Below are positions 63,589-64,000 of a DNA stretch of 64,000 bases, one piece after another. The position numbers were made by a program, and so were the translations under genes. The number at the start of each line of letters is the position of its first letter. Position 1 is the first letter of the stretch. A model generated the notes under the pieces. That model was not told the DNA's origin, searched no databases, and worked only from the letters and a program-made list of their open reading frames with translations. The DNA comes from Cetorhinus maximus. Lineage: Eukaryota. The DNA lies in NCBI RefSeq assembly GCF_964194155.1, contig NC_135901.1:28768001-28832000 (forward strand). The letters run 5' to 3'.

Positions 63589-64000
63589 GCCATGGATACT
63601 AATGGTCGAGATTTTGATTTCTTTACATCACATCACAGAACCAGGAACCTCTATGCCTTTCGTGGGTGCGTGTTGAAAGGTTTTATAAGGTGATACTAAA
63701 CCTGTTTGGCTGCATCGTGAAGACACTGTCCTTGGCCATCAAGTCCTGGATTGGGATTTAAACCAGGAACTTTTGGCTGAGAAGCTGGTGCACGATCCAC
63801 TGCTCCGCATACCTCCTCTATTAGTTGTTGATCTCCCTAATATGTCACCAAGGTGTCTACATCTTTACAGAAAGATTTATATTCTCGAAACATTAACCCT
63901 GTTTCTCTCTCCACAGATGATTCCAGACCTGGTGAGTGTCTCCAGTATTTCTCGTTTTATTTCAGTCTAAATCTTTACACCTGAAGTTAACAAACTGTTT

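Overview
Repeat-dense vertebrate genomic DNA. It is very likely from a cartilaginous fish (shark); this is inferred from a SacSINE1/DeuSINE-like element, CR1/HER1-type LINEs, a GPR139-like GPCR and MEKPWKC-type zinc-finger genes. From about 23 kb onward the window is a C2H2 zinc-finger (ZNF) cluster built from one amplified cassette: CpG-rich bidirectional promoter, short first exon, intron with a shared old CR1 fragment, finger-only exon and conserved 3' UTR. It holds three open ZNF ORFs (9, 14 and 10 fingers) and several pseudogenes. The first 24 kb is bracketed by a ~2.7 kb inverted duplication enclosing a GPR139-like pseudogene and Harbinger and CR1 fossils. Other mobile DNA includes Penelope-like elements with hammerhead ribozyme motifs, a GalEa-type Copia, a Gmr1-like Gypsy with a SCAN-like capsid, and nested solo LTRs. 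There is also a telomere-like satellite and two minisatellites. The most striking signal is a ~3.2 kb ORF1-less LINE (2505-5712, minus) with a tRNA-like Pol III head and, by eye, no TTTT run on its sense strand before its 3' end, plus a head+tail SINE partner at 58.8-59.1 kb. It is a candidate RNA polymerase III-transcribed, protein-coding retrotransposon. All coordinates were read by eye and may be off by a few bases; no database searches were run.
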